NCBI GenBank assembly: GCA_951406725.2
Contig: OX597820.1
Coordinates: 82,646,001-82,710,000, forward strand
DNA length: 64,000 nt
Origin: Octopus vulgaris
Taxonomy: Eukaryota
Reading direction: 5' to 3'
How positions within the stretch are numbered: the first letter of the stretch is position 1; each line of letters starts with the position of its first letter. The notes beneath the pieces were generated by a model. It was not told the origin of the DNA. It made no database searches and saw only the letters and a program-made list of their open reading frames with translations. The translations under genes and the position numbers were made by a program. Below are positions 27,785 to 41,715 of the stretch, in pieces.

Positions 27785-28299
27785 GTATGTGAGCAAATCG
27801 CTGATTATTTTATTTGACATAAGAATACAAACATAAAACCAAGAACAGATAAATATACACAAGGGACTGCGTTAAAGCAATGAATTTGTGCTACTGTTAA
27901 AGAGATGAGACAAAAGCTTCACATTATAATATATACATATGTGTGTATATGCGCGTGTGTGTGTGTATACACATATATTACATAATATATATATATAATA
28001 CATTTTATTTATATATATATGACATATACACATATGAATGTGTATGCAAACACACCTATATACACACATACACACATTTACATTTATACGCTTGTGTGCG
28101 TGCGTGAGTGCTTATGTGTATAAATATTTGCGAAATACACCGAATATATATTTCCCTGCTAAGTCTAGGTAACGTGTTCAATAGACCTAACTGTAGTGGA
28201 ACGATATTATCAAATATAAATAATGTATGAAAATCAGCAATTGTTAGAGGACGAAGAAGGTACTCCAGCTTCAAACAATCTTTGATATCTACAATGTAC

Positions 28300-28620
28300 T
28301 CAAGAGAAGGCTATGCTGCTGCATATACAAACTTCCTAGACTGCATCCAGTAAAGAGACACCCGGCTGGTTAGCATAACGTCACTCACAATCTCATTTCA
28401 GCCTTTGGCCCATAGACACGTTTCCCCTCTTTACATGTTCTACCGCTAATATCATTTTTCTCAACTGCACGTCTTGGTTTGTCCATCCTAGAGACATTTC
28501 ACTACGCTCATTCTGTTCTTCTAAGAACATCAACCCTTTTGAATTCTCTCCCTGCTTATGTCCGTCTCTCGAGCGTTGACTTGCAATTATTCAAGGGTAA
28601 ACTTATTGGAATCAGTCTGG
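28300..28620 (+). mobile_element. LINE (CR1/L2/Jockey-like) ORF2 3'-end remnant, followed by (TACA)n at 28700-28850
   Basis: HSVLLRTSTLLNSLPAYVRLSSVDLQLFKGKL resembles the terminal SF..RT..LWNSLP..V.....L..FK..L motif. Confidence 0.6.
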
Positions 28621-30390
28621 GCATCTTATTGGCATCAGTCCGTCAAGGAATTTGTATGTCCTTCGGATCCAGCAGTTAAAAACATTTGTTCTACAAACGC
28701 ATACATACATACGTACATACATACGTACATACATACGTACATACATACATACATACATACATACATACATACATACATACATACATACATACATGCATAC
28801 ATACATACATACATATATACAAGCATACATATATGCATACATACATATATACAAGCATACAAACGTACATAAACACGCACATACACGCAGACACACATAT
28901 GTATATATATATCCTAGTCATATGCATAAAAATAACTCGTATTAAACATAATTCCTTGCTTATACACGGTCATTGTTGATGTAAAGGAGACTAAAATATT
29001 CTGTGAAAAAAATTGAGATGTCGCAATACCAAATCAGTCTTCTAGGTCTTGATTCTCTAAAGTAAAGAGTTTTGCCTTCCGAGTATAAAATACACATTAA
29101 TGAATTTGATTGATACCTGTAAATATTTGTCTGGTTTGAATAAATCTAAGATAGAACTAAAGTGATGATATGTATAAAATATGTAATATAAATAGAAGTA
29201 AATCAAAGTAATATAATAGAAGTAAATCAAAGTAAATCAGGGAACATATATTGAAATATGTGACCTGGTTTCATCTTATTTTGGATATAATTATGTTCCA
29301 GTGCAGGTGTTTAGAACATAATCTAGTACACCGACCAATGAACAGAACATTTACTAAATACTGTCCGTGATTTAGTTTTCGATGTAAGATGTACATAATC
29401 TATGTTTTTTTATGTAAACGCTTTCAGAAAAGTAGATGCACTCTGTAACAACGCATGTAATTGTAGTAGAATTTTAGATAGGGTTGATTATATACCAAGG
29501 GGTTTAACACCCAAACGTTGAAATAAGAATTCTGTAATATAATTCAGTTTTTATCTTGAATATTCGTACAAACACTGGCAAGTTCGCCGCGTGGGATTTT
29601 ACCAATAGAAATTCTGTTAAAAGTCTTACTATATATTCCTTTAATGCAAGTCAGTTATAAAACACAGTTAAAAACAATCATGCACCGGTTCTGCAATAGT
29701 ATGAACTCTAGAAACAAATCGATTAATGGAAACTATATTGCCGTTTAGTATAATTTGTCAAGGTAGATTTGAATGTCGATGCTCAACTAAAATCCTACAC
29801 CATAATGATAGCCAATAATAATTAATGCAAAATATTACCCATGCAGTTATTTGTTAGTCTGTCCACTCAGGAAGTCTTCAATTGATGTTTAGGGATTGGA
29901 GATTGAAAGAAATGTGTGATATAATTTAATCTATTTTTGCTTCGCGTGTACTTAAAAGCGTAACTGCATACAATCAGTTTATTCCTATGTTTATAGCTAT
30001 TGGGACAACCTGTTGAGCATACTTTCGCATAACACATTTACCGGAGTAACATTGCCTCGTCTTTGAACGCAGTTACTTCGATATTGTCACGTTACGAAAC
30101 GTCACAGACATACAAACCAAATTTTATGTTTCATCGCTTCAACCAATCAAAATGTGTCTTCCCTTTTTGAATTTGAAATATAATCTCTCCCACAAAAGGA
30201 ATGAATGTTTAATCAGCGATTAGAGGTGAAAAGGTTGCGTCCTAACACGTTCCGCCATATGACAACTTTTGAAAATCACAAAACTGTGAAAACTTTACAT
30301 ATGTTGATCTTAAAACTCCAAGTACTTTAATTTATATTTCTTTATATTTCTAAACATGTGGAAAAATAATATCTTCTTCTCTATTCTTTA

Positions 30391-30421
<31 letters not shown>

Positions 30422-31339
30422 CTATATATATATATATATAATGTATATAGAGATATATTTAAAGATTCAAAGAAAACGGAGGATATATACATGGAGTAAC
30501 CACTTTATAATCGTGGTCCAGTCAAATTCATAAGTTAATTCATATTGCCTATACTGCGTATCGGCTGACTGCTGTCATTTATATTTGCACTTTTAGAGTC
30601 ACCATGAATGAGTAAAAAATGCAAATGTCTCCTCAGGGCATAATTTATAATGACTGATATTTCCCCCATCCTAATGGCTGGAGAGTTAATTCCGATTGAA
30701 TTGTAGCATGTGCATCTTGGATTCTTTTCTAAAAATAGTTAAGAGTCGATTTTTCGACCTACTGGACAAAGGACAAGCATACTTCAGAAGAACTATGGTC
30801 ATGTTTCTATTCCACTCGTTTGGTAGTGCCGATTAACTGTTTACAAGCCTGCCACTACGTTTTCATCCTATTCAGTATGTCCACAATACATTCCTCTACG
30901 TTCTTCTTCCACCCATTTGGCAAAATTGATTAATTACTTAGGCCTACAAACCTGCCCATACTTTTCATACTATTTAGCATGTCCATAACATAGTCATCTA
31001 CGCCCTTATTATTGATGAAATAGTTCTAGGTGTGGACGTAATTGTTACTTTTATTCATATATTTTATATCCACCCTATTAATTACTTATATTTTTGTAAA
31101 ATGTATATTAGTTACTAATAAATATAATCATCTTTTCAAATATATTACTTGATAGGTTGGGTTCATACACATATATGTTTGTTTATTTAATTTAGAGTAT
31201 AGATGCATGATTCATAGGTATTATTTAGACGGTGTTTATTTAAACCATTTCTATTCAAATTTATTGAACTTTATGAACTATTCATAGGTATTATTTACGC
31301 AGTTTTTATTTTAACCACAGCTATTTAAATTTATTGAAT

Positions 31340-33070
31340 GTATATTTAACTTTATGAGCACACCAAAGTCCTCTTTCCATCTTGTTCTTGATTAATTTGC
31401 GTTTTGATGTAAGAATCGGGTAAATTTCGTCGATGCAAAGTTCACATATTTTGTTCCCTATGCTCTAAAATTTTGCTCTGCAAATCAATTCCCACGTAAG
31501 TGTATAGTCCGTATTTTTATCTTTAATCGACCAAATTCGCCTCTTTGTTCTATCCCTGAAGGTATTTTCATGATTAGCTATCCTTCTTTTTATATAATTT
31601 TCTGTAGAACCTATATAGTAGTAATACCGTCCCTCAGATACATCCTTACATCCTTTTTCCTCACAAAAAGAATTTAATGGATATCGTTTTCCTTCGGCGC
31701 AATCGCAAATTTTATTTTTAGTAGCGCTTCCTGTTTTCTTACTAATAATGTTATGCTTGCATTCCATGCTTTCAGAGTTATCCTCAGTATATTTATTTTC
31801 CATGTTTGGAGTCTTTCCCACTAATCTAAGATTATTTACGTTAGTTTGTTTATTACTTTCCTTACTATCTTCTTTGTCATTGTTTTCATTGCCCATCCTA
31901 ATACTTTTATTGGTTTTCTTTTATATTTGTTGTTGCCATTGTTATTATTATTATTTAAATTTATTATATCAGTATTTATATTTATGTTATTAATTTTGTT
32001 GTTAGTATTGTTGATGTTGAGTCTTCTTTTTATAGATTGTATGTTTATGTGTTTAGATCCTAGCGGAGTGTCCTTTAGAATTATTTCCCTACCTTCGTTT
32101 ATCGTACTATTCAAATTTTCGTTGATTTTCTCACCATTTTGGCCATTTAATAATTCTACTCCTATTGTTGTAAAAATCATTTAATCTTTTTGCATTTTGT
32201 GCAGCAATAATTTCTGCTACGTTTGTCGATATGCAAAAACCGGCCCATAATTTGTGTTAGTTTATTATATTTTTTCTCTGAAAACTGCTTATAGACACCT
32301 TTGTAGAATAGTTTCACTATATGAATTCTAATTTTTTTTGCGAAAGGTATTATGAACCATATTACATAATCTTTAGAATGATGTTTAAGGAGGTTCATTT
32401 TATTTATGCATAAGGTGTAATTTTTTTCAGAATTGTTATGTTTAGTTTTTCAATTCCTTCTGTTTCGTGGTTTATTGTCCTATTTTGGTTTATATTTATA
32501 TAGTAATAACTATTATAGTGTTTTATTTTCGACTTCATTTTAATCTTATTATCATTATCCGTTCCTTAATGTTTGCATCTTTGTTATACGTGTTTGATTC
32601 ATTTTCATTCTCCATCTGTTTCTTGATGTGTTTACTTATATTATTCTTATCGGATTTATATTCTGTTCTATCCATATTCTTTTTATTCTTGTATCTATTA
32701 ATTCCTATGTCAATAACTTTATTACGAATCTTGCTTTGTGTATTGTCCGTATTCTCTAATTTTACGCTTGGTCTATAGAATTTTAATTTTTGTTTATGTT
32801 CAGCTTTACTTAGTGTGATATTATAACAATCTATATTGTGTTTAAAAATTACCTCATCTGCAGAGAGACTAGATATTCTTTTAGATATATTTTCAACTAA
32901 TTTTCCTGTAATATTTCTTGTATGGTTACTATTTTTATTAATGTTCCTTATATTAATATTAGGTTTAGAGTAGGGTTTATATTTACCTGTTTCTAGATAA
33001 AGGTTAATGCCCAAGAAGTTAACTGAATTGTGTTCCTTTTCAATAGTGATATAATTCCTATATCGAAAAT
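31340..33070 (-). mobile_element. Penelope-like retroelement remnant (RT thumb, linker, GIY-YIG)
   Basis: Minus ORFs give VNFLGINLYLETGKYKPYSKPN..INKNSNH..ISKRISSLS and VIWFIIPFAK. They also give ICDCAEGKRYPLNSFC..YYIGSTENYIKRRIANHENTF..YTLTWELI and ICELCIDE. Confidence 0.88.
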
Positions 33071-34751
33071 TATGGAAATCTCCATAGCGACAACAGGAAT
33101 TTCAGATGTGTAAAGTTCTAATATTGAAGAGGAACCAACGATAAACACTAGTACATACATACATGAAAAATTTTCAGTATCGTTAATCGATGTTAGTACA
33201 AAACTGGTGTACGCTTGGATAATATATCCCTAAGAAAGAAAAAGTCTTTGTATACAGACTTATATATATATATACAAAGCTATACTTATATGCATATACA
33301 TATACGCATGAACAAACACACACACAACACACACATACACACATACCAGAACAGAATCTAAAGAAACCGGTGTTGGAAGGTGTTGACAAGACTTTATTTA
33401 AGTAACATGTACAAAAAGAGTATAGTGAACTTGCAGTAGGGAATGCAAAACCTAACGTTTAGGGCAGAGTCGCTCAGGGAAAAGTTGACCGAATAGAAAT
33501 TAAAAAGAGATAGTAGAGTTTTGCATCCTTTGTGTTTGTAAAACAGACTGTAACTGATGGGGAATGCAAGATGACATGAGAGAACATCAAGTTGTAGACG
33601 AAGGAAAATTTATAAGAAAGTTAGAAGGGAACAGAATGAGATGGAGAAGCGGCTGAAGGTGGGAGTAAAATAAAAGGAAGAACTGAGATGACAGGGAGTT
33701 GAAGTATAAGAATAGGATTAGTGAACTAAGAGTTAAAGTAAAGTAAAATCAGTTTACTTAGACCTGTTGGTGACTTGGTGCTAACTGAAAAAATCACAGT
33801 TATTAATCAGTTTCGATCGTTTCAATAATCGGTGGAATTGCTACATTCCTCAACTAGCTGGATGATATGTATACACTAAGATTGTGTAAGTCCATGCAAT
33901 TTCAAAAGTAAACCCCAGTCAGTGATATTGTGATGACCGTTAAGAATATATTGCCCTTGTACACAGGCTGATACCGTTATAAATACAGTTGGCGGTCAGA
34001 GCAATGAATCTCATAGCGAGACAATATTTAGGTTGCCATAACAACAGGGGAGCACAAATTAGGGAATCGGTGGTTTCTGATTTGTGTGGAAACTAAGTAA
34101 GCGTATATCTGTTCGTATTGCTGATTCTATTAATACAATCATCTTTATCATTATGTTAACCTACTGCCACACGTTAAGTGATTTTTCTAATTGTATCAAC
34201 CTTGTTGTTTACAATGTGTTTACTAAGTTCATTCTGAAGATAGTTTATTTAGTGTTTACTAGAAACGTCTCCTTTTTGTCTGTCATAATGACATTTATTT
34301 TGGACGTGTATATGTCTAAATCTACAGGAGATAACTTGACTAGGAAAGATATAAAGATATACACACGCACACATACGCATACGTACGCAGATATGCCTGT
34401 ATACCCTTGAGGGTATTGAGAAACGTTCAGTACTGGACATGTAGGTATAATATAGTAAATATGAAGGAAGTTTAGGGAGGAAAAAAAAATTGACAATTAA
34501 AATACTATAACCCCTGATGATTAGATGCGTTATTACTTTAGTCTATCCCTTCTGTGTGCATTATAATAGCATCAAACCCCGTGAAATAAGCGGTGTTTCA
34601 CCTTCACTATTAACCAATCAGCCGAAAAGCGCCATTTTAGTTGTTGTGTGGTATATTCAAAGTTTTAACTCAGGTGTGTGAGCAGTAATTACAGACGTGA
34701 ACCCCATAGTGCGATCTTCAAGAAAATGCAGTTTATATGGTCCAGTTTAGA

Positions 34752-35079
34752 AACTGCAATACTTTTTTAGTCCTACCGTTGAAGAATCTTCTGAGATTTC
34801 ATTTTTTAGATGAAAAGAAAATCTAAGTTTACTGTATGGGACTCACGCGTGAATAATAAGAGGAAAGTAGAATGAGATGTATTACAATTTAAATCAGGAC
34901 AATTGTGTATTCTTTATGTTAACTGCAATATTTTTTTAGTCCTACCGATGAAGAATCTTCTGAGATTTCATTTTTTAGATGAAAAGAAAATCTAAGTTTA
35001 CTGTATGGGACTCACGCGTGAATAAGAAGAGGAAAGTAGAATGGGATGTATTACAATTTAAATCAGGACAATTATGTAT
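34752..35079. repeat. Tandem duplication, ~169-bp period, two near-identical copies
   Basis: AACTGCAATA..TTTTTAGTCCTACCG..GGGACTCACGCGTGAATAA..AATCAGGACAATT starts at both 34752 and 34921, with only a handful of substitutions. Confidence 0.95.
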
Positions 35080-35343
35080 ACGGGAATGAATTTGGAGGAT
35101 GTAATATAAACTTGGAGAACACTAAAATTAATATGATGCTATAAATGGGAAACTACTGAAACACGAACTGAGTGACATAGCTAAGAAACTGTCAAGAATG
35201 AGATTTTTGAAGAGTTTCCCTGTGTCAATGGTAAATAACTTGGCTTCGGCGCAGTAATTTGTGCAAGATCAAGCGTTTGGTACGTCTAATTCTAATGTTC
35301 CATGATGGTAAAATGTTTGAGTGTGTGTATATGTTTGTATGTC

Positions 35344-35384
<41 letters not shown>

Positions 35385-35447
35385 CAGAGCAAGAGTAATA
35401 GAGCGAGCGAGAGAGAGAGAGAGAGAGAGAGAGGGATAGAGCGAGAT

Positions 35448-35487
<40 letters not shown>

Positions 35488-35505
35488 AGAGAGAGAGAGA
35501 GAGAG

Positions 35506-35568
<63 letters not shown>

Positions 35569-36602
35569 GCGATAAAGAGGAGGAAGGTGACAAATAGAGA
35601 AATTTTCAGGTCATAATGTAGCTATTTATGACCATCTCCATAACCTTCGAGTTGTTAGATGTGTATAGGGATATATCGATATTCTTCACTGATGTGTCTG
35701 TCACCCAATAGATTATGCCACCATATTTACAATATACACCAATGTGTGTCCCAGCGTGATGTATCGATACTGTGCTGATTTATAAAGCAAATTGTCAGTA
35801 AGGTAACTAGTCTTGTGGGAGTGTAATTGCTACCATTTTTTAAAATGTATTTATTCAGCAATCCTGCTCCCTGCTGACCGCCAACCTGTACTTTAAGTGC
35901 AGAGCGGCGGACACTTTTGAGGTGAGTCGGCAATCCAATGACCTTTGGAACTTACAATCATAATTCAGTGCCATTTAGTAACAACGGTTGAGAGAAAAGG
36001 AGAAGAGCAACTTAACATGATGTTGGTATTTCTGCAACACTACCGAATAGATTATGATCTCCAGAAGCAAATATGAATTAACCTTGCGTTCAGAGTTCTG
36101 GCAGAAATCTTATTAAGTAAGCGCAATGTTGACAACTTGGAATATATATTGTACTGATGTCATAATGTTGTTGGTTATTGTTAATCGGAGATAAAGCAAT
36201 ATTTTATCGATGATTCATTTCCCTACTGTCTTCTCAAAAGGCTATTATTAATATTTTATTAGATGGCAAACTTCTTAAATATTGCCAAGCTTCATGAACA
36301 GTTTAATAACTTTTTTCAAGACATTATTCGCCAAGGTCAATAAATCAAATGGAATCTGTCACAGATTCTGTTTGTTTGTGCGTTCATTTGCGTGTTTGGT
36401 GATGCAGTAAATCTTACAATACAGAATTTCGTGTACTTCGTATAAAGAGAAAGTTGGTTGTAAAGGGATAACATACCACTTGTTATGTTTAATAAATAAG
36501 TGATCATATTGTATGAGTATTACAATGATATACTGAATCTATACTTAATCTAATGTATGAATAATGTACTCGATGTATATAAAACTATCTTTAAATTCAG
36601 TG

Positions 36603-36683
36603 TATAGAATAACATATAAGCGAGTGATATATAGAATAACATATAAGCGAGTGATATATAGAATAACATATAAGCGAGTGATA
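36603..36683. repeat. 27-bp minisatellite x3
   Basis: TATAGAATAACATATAAGCGAGTGATA repeated three times perfectly. Confidence 0.97.
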
Positions 36684-36789
36684 AAATTGGTATCATTCAG
36701 TACTGTAAAAAGAACAACTTTATAGGTTATAAAATACAGTTGCTTAACACAATCGGTAGTAAACCACCGGTAGGTATTTTATTAAGATA

Positions 36790-36852
<63 letters not shown>

Positions 36853-38169
36853 ACACACATACACACACACAAACACACACATATGCAAACACACAAAGAT
36901 AAAAGGCACTATTAATATTTTAGGATTTGAAATAAGAATACAAGAGACATGATGCCCTAATGCATTTCCTTCGTTAACTTACAAATAACTTTATTTGCAT
37001 ACAAATTTTGTAATAACTGCGTACATTAATGGTATCTTATGAATCTAGATGGACAAAATAATTACTCTATCAATTTGGGGTTAGAACTCACAATTTAGAA
37101 GAAATAAGTAACTACTATAAATTGTATTATATACCTTAGATATTCCTTGTAACAAGCAGAATTATATACCATCATCCAGAATACAGCAGGACAAAGTCAT
37201 ATAGTTTGAAATGCTGATAAATTAAATAATTAATACTAATTTCTTAGGTGATTTTCATAGAAACATGTAAATATATTATCGATGTTATCTAGATTTTTTT
37301 ACCATTTTTACGCAATTATTTAATAAGTTTGTAACACACACACACACGCATATACACACACACAGACACACACACACTCACGCCATATCGATACACTCAT
37401 ATATTACTTAGCAATGCAACAGAGAAAAGTTAATACAAAGTAGAGTGTTTTACACACGAGTGGTTATCTGCTTGTGAACGAATTAGTTTACATATCAAAT
37501 CGACATAAAGTACTTCACCGATGTAAGATAAACGAAATTCAGAAAAATTATAAGAAAAAGAACAGAAACAAAATTAGTGAAGGTTTGAAATATAGTCGAG
37601 CTGTTTCAGAAACTAACTTTTAATTATAAGATAAAACTGGTTGATATGATATAGTAATCCTCAATATTTGAAAATGTATGAAAAGAGACTGCATTATTTT
37701 TTTACTCTATGCTTAGGTACATATGTATACACGCGTGCACACGCACGCGCACACACACACTCACACACACACGCACACTCACACACATATATATGACTAT
37801 CTATCAGTAGTTCATAAATCTGACAAAGAAGCACACTCTAAAACTTTAGATCAGTAGTATATTTAGAAGGTTGATTCTTATGACTGATCACAGAGTGACC
37901 TTTGGTTTCGCACCTATAACGCGCTTAACTGTATAGGCGTCTCTTCAACTGGGGGGAGAGAAACGTTATGGCGAGAAGTCTTTCTAAACAAAAAAAAATA
38001 CCGGAACGAAACCCTGTTGGTACAGTCTTGGGTGAGACGGAGTTATCCCCATTATATTGGTTCTAGCCCTATCAATAACGACTACTTTCGAAATTGGTTG
38101 CAATTTCCTAGCCCGGAAATGGAGAATTTCATGCCAACAACAGGAATTTCCTCTGATGAGGGCATTGAC

Positions 38170-38640
38170 TAAGCACTTCGTTTTTGGAGTTTAAAAAAGG
38201 CTCCTGATCAAAATAAGATTTTCAGGATACTTGCTATTTTGGTCATGCAAAGCTTACATCGTTTTCTCACGCTGAGATATGGTCCAGTTTTTCTAGGAGC
38301 TTTCATTTTATTATGTATTTTGTAGCTGACCAGGAACGTGATGTTGCACCTCTTGGGTATACTAAAAGTGGACCAGTGGTTGTTCAGACGCCACTTTAAC
38401 GGGCCGCCAGTGGAACCGATGTATTTCCATATCTATGCTCTTGCACTCGTGGTGTTACAACCGATGTTGTTGCGGTCGTCGCTGCCGTTGATGCTACTAC
38501 TGCCGAACGCGATTCTGAATATAAAATATGCCAATTTCATATTGTGTTTGTTTATTAGTTTGTGACAGTTGTTGTAGGAGTGGAAATGTTTTTGGAGTAT
38601 CCTGAAAAATAATTTGGGTATTAATGTGGAGAATCTTATA
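38170..38640 (-). mobile_element. Penelope-like element GIY-YIG remnant
   Basis: Minus-strand FRILQKHFHSYNNCHKLINKHNMKLAY and WKYIGSTGGPLKWRLNNHWSTF...KRCKLCMTKIASIL. Confidence 0.75.
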
Positions 38641-39399
38641 TGAATGTGTGTTTATATGTGTGGGTGTTAGCCTTCGTGTTTCTTCCACACAACCGTTTTT
38701 CAACCAATGTTGGTTTGTTTGTGTCCCTGTTACAAAATAAGTACCAAACTTTAAAGAAAATGTAAGTACTGAGGTTGATTCGTTCTGCTAAAAAAATACT
38801 TTCAAGGCGGCACACTATAGTAGCTGTAGTCCAAAGTCTGAAACAAGAGGAAGAATAAATGAACATTATACACCCGCCCCCATATATATATATATATATA
38901 CAAGCTTAAAGCAGCTCCTACGGAGGTTTAATTGATACTGCGGCTCAAAACTAAAGACACCTAAATAGTATGACTATAATACGTCTGTAATGACTATATG
39001 CCTCGGTGGTGTTTGATCAGAGGTTAACGACGGATGAGAATTAATTCTGTAATGCTATCATTCTACTGTTCCAGTCCCAGTTTGAATTATAACTGTTGGC
39101 TAATTTGTCCCAAAGTTCCTATCTCGACGTAAAATTAACGAAGCGAATGTATTTATCTCAACTTTGATCTCTGACGTAATGTGACAAGCGCCAATCAAGT
39201 TAGCCTGAATCAGCCAAGTTTTATCTGCTAGAAATAACAATCCAAATGCTTTTAAATCAGATCTCAATGCCGAATTTTCAAGAAGCAAATGAAGGGCAGA
39301 TTTCCAATCTCACGATCATCCTGATTGCAGAAAGGTATAATATGTCTATGTAGAGCAAATGTAGACGGAGACACAGGGTTCCAGACAGAATTTTGCGAC

Positions 39400-39404
39400 T
39401 ATTA

Positions 39405-39447
<43 letters not shown>

Positions 39448-40618
39448 GTTATTATTATTATTATTATCATTATTATTATTATCATTATTATTATTATTAT
39501 TGAGTGAGAGAACAGTAAATGCCATCAAAATGATACTGGGGTAAAATATACGAAGCCCAATATACCCATTATGACTACCCGTCTGATAAGGGTAAACTAG
39601 GCACATGCATCACAACCATATGTGCGCAATATGGTGATCTCATATCAGGATAAACAGCACATGACCGTGCAGGTGGGACCCGGTTAGAATTTTCTTCCGG
39701 ACGAGTAACCCATCCCGCTCAAAAGGTCCCTGAATAAGGATTGTTTAAGGATGTTGAACGAACCACCAAAGTTTCCAGAGGTGAATTATTCAAACCCCAA
39801 AGAATCCCTCTCAACACATGGCTATGATGCTCCCCCACTACTTCTGCTCGTGATCACAGATGCACATATCGTCGGCCACTAAGGGACATGCTCAACTGTT
39901 TGTTTTAAAACGTGAGATCACAGAGAAAGTATTTTGCGAAGGATATGAGCAGTTCCCATGAGCACTATCTTTTGAATTTTTGCCATTTTGGGGTTTCTTG
40001 GTATCTGAGCTAGGTAGCAATCAGCCCCTTTTGCTATCATTCCCAGGGCACTTATGACAACAGGTATTGTTTTAGTCTTCAGGTTATTATTATCATTATT
40101 ATTATTATTATTATTATTATTGAGTGAGAGAGCAGTGCATGCCATCAAAGTGACACTGGGGTAAAATATACGATGCCCAATATACCCATCATGACTACCC
40201 GTCTGATAAGTGTACACCAAGCACATGCATCACAACCATATGTGCGCGACATGGGGATCTCATATCAAGATAAACAGCACATGACCTTGCAGGTGGGGCC
40301 CAGTTAGAATTTTCTTCAGGTCGAGTAGCCCATCCTGCTCAAAAGGTCCCTGAATAAGGGTTGCTTTAGGATGTTGAACGAAACACCCATGTTTCCAGAG
40401 GTGAATTATTCAAACTCCAAAGAATCCCTCTCAACACATGGCTATGATGCTCCCCCACTACTTCTGCTCGTGATCAGAGATGCACGTATTGTCAGCCACT
40501 AAGGGACATGCTCAACTGGTTAAGGTCAAACAACTGACAAGCAAATATGTGGTATTGAGCAGAATATTTGCTGTAGCCCATCTTTTATACCAAGACAAAA
40601 CAATGTACATGATGACAC

Positions 40619-40707
<89 letters not shown>

Positions 40708-40867
40708 GTTATTGTTATTATTATTCAGTAGTCGTATTTTTATAATTTGCTTCCACTGCAATACCGAGCACAGCTCTGCGTGACTTGGGTATGTGCTGTA
40801 GTTTGTTGTGATGCTCTTATATTTACGTAGGATGTGTGCGGTGCCTAGTAGCGTTATTTTCTGTATG

Positions 40868-40911
<44 letters not shown>

Positions 40912-41715
40912 CAAACTGGGACAAGAACGCAAAACATTTAGAAAACGATACAAAAAACACGGACGAGTCATTCGAAGCCTTCAATCTTCAGTCAAGAACC
41001 GGATCATCCTCGCAATTTCGGCTGATTAATATATATATATATATCTTAGTTCTGGTGTTTTTGTTATGTTTGTCTGAATATTTTTATCATACCTAATGCG
41101 CATATTATGATAGGAATTGTTTCTGTTTTTAGACTCCACATTCGAGTTACCTCTATTTCCAGGTCTTTGTATTTTGAAAGTTTCTCCATTTCTTTTAGAG
41201 AAAGTTGTCGTCTGTTTGTATTGATACATCAATTAGAAAGCATTTTCCCATCATGATCTCTGATAACTACATCTGGCCTATTGGCCTTAATTTCTCTATC
41301 TGTGTGTATTGGCATATCTCATAGTATTGTTCCTTTCTTAGTTTCTGTGACCTTTTCTGGCATGTAATTATACCATCTTTTTTCTGTTGCTATTCCATAG
41401 TGTTGGCATAGCTTTCAGTGTATATGGGTCCAAACTCTGTCATGTCAGTGAATATATTCCTTCAGAGCCAGGACTGGGCAGCCAGAGACAATATGATTTA
41501 TTGTTTCTTTTCCATCTCCACATATTCTTCAGTTACTTATTTTTCTTTTCACTATATGTTTTTGGTAATTTCTGGTGAGGAGGCTTTGGTCTTGTGCTGC
41601 AATTAAAAACCTTCAGTCTCTGCTTTGAGTCCTGAGCTTCTCAGCCATTGTTGGGATTTTGCTTTGTGTATTTCTTTTGGGTTTATTTTAACCCAGTATT
41701 TGCCATGAAGGGGAT
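39400..41715 (-). mobile_element. Stack of 5'-truncated R4/Dong-like (restriction-like endonuclease) non-LTR retrotransposon ends separated by (TAA)n
   Basis: Minus-strand HGKYW..QWLRSSGLKAETEGF/LIAAQDQSLLTRNY (~41570-41705), IQKITLLGTAHILRK (~40825-40870) and IPVVISALGMI..IQKIVLMGTAHILRKILSL* (39918-40080). A ~397-bp 3' UTR is duplicated at 39502-39898 and 40122-40518, each copy ending in (AAT)n. Confidence 0.85.

Noticed and set aside
29436-29521. DALCNNACNCSR..., which shares CxxxCxC with the start of the terminal exon; possible alternative last exon
   Set aside because: Weak acceptor (AAAAGTAG), no CBM14 signature afterwards and an early stop; probably chance.
33440-34080. Very decayed PLE-like segment with hammerhead remnant (CTGAGCGACTCTGCCCTAAACGTTAG on - strand)
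   Set aside because: Core and stems are too eroded to call; only weak GIY-YIG similarity (FIALTANCIYNGISLC).
36603-36683. 27-bp repeats as a CRISPR-like array
   Set aside because: No spacers, and the context is eukaryotic; a plain minisatellite.
38326-38565. Plus-strand acceptor and hydrophobic ORF as an extra exon or TM segment of the host gene
   Set aside because: The phase-1 frame stops after ~24 codons, and the region is explained by a minus-strand PLE GIY-YIG remnant.
40960-41027. CTGAAGA...GAA on the - strand as another hammerhead
   Set aside because: Stem II loop is sterically too short, and there is no GAAA..UH with a closing stem I.
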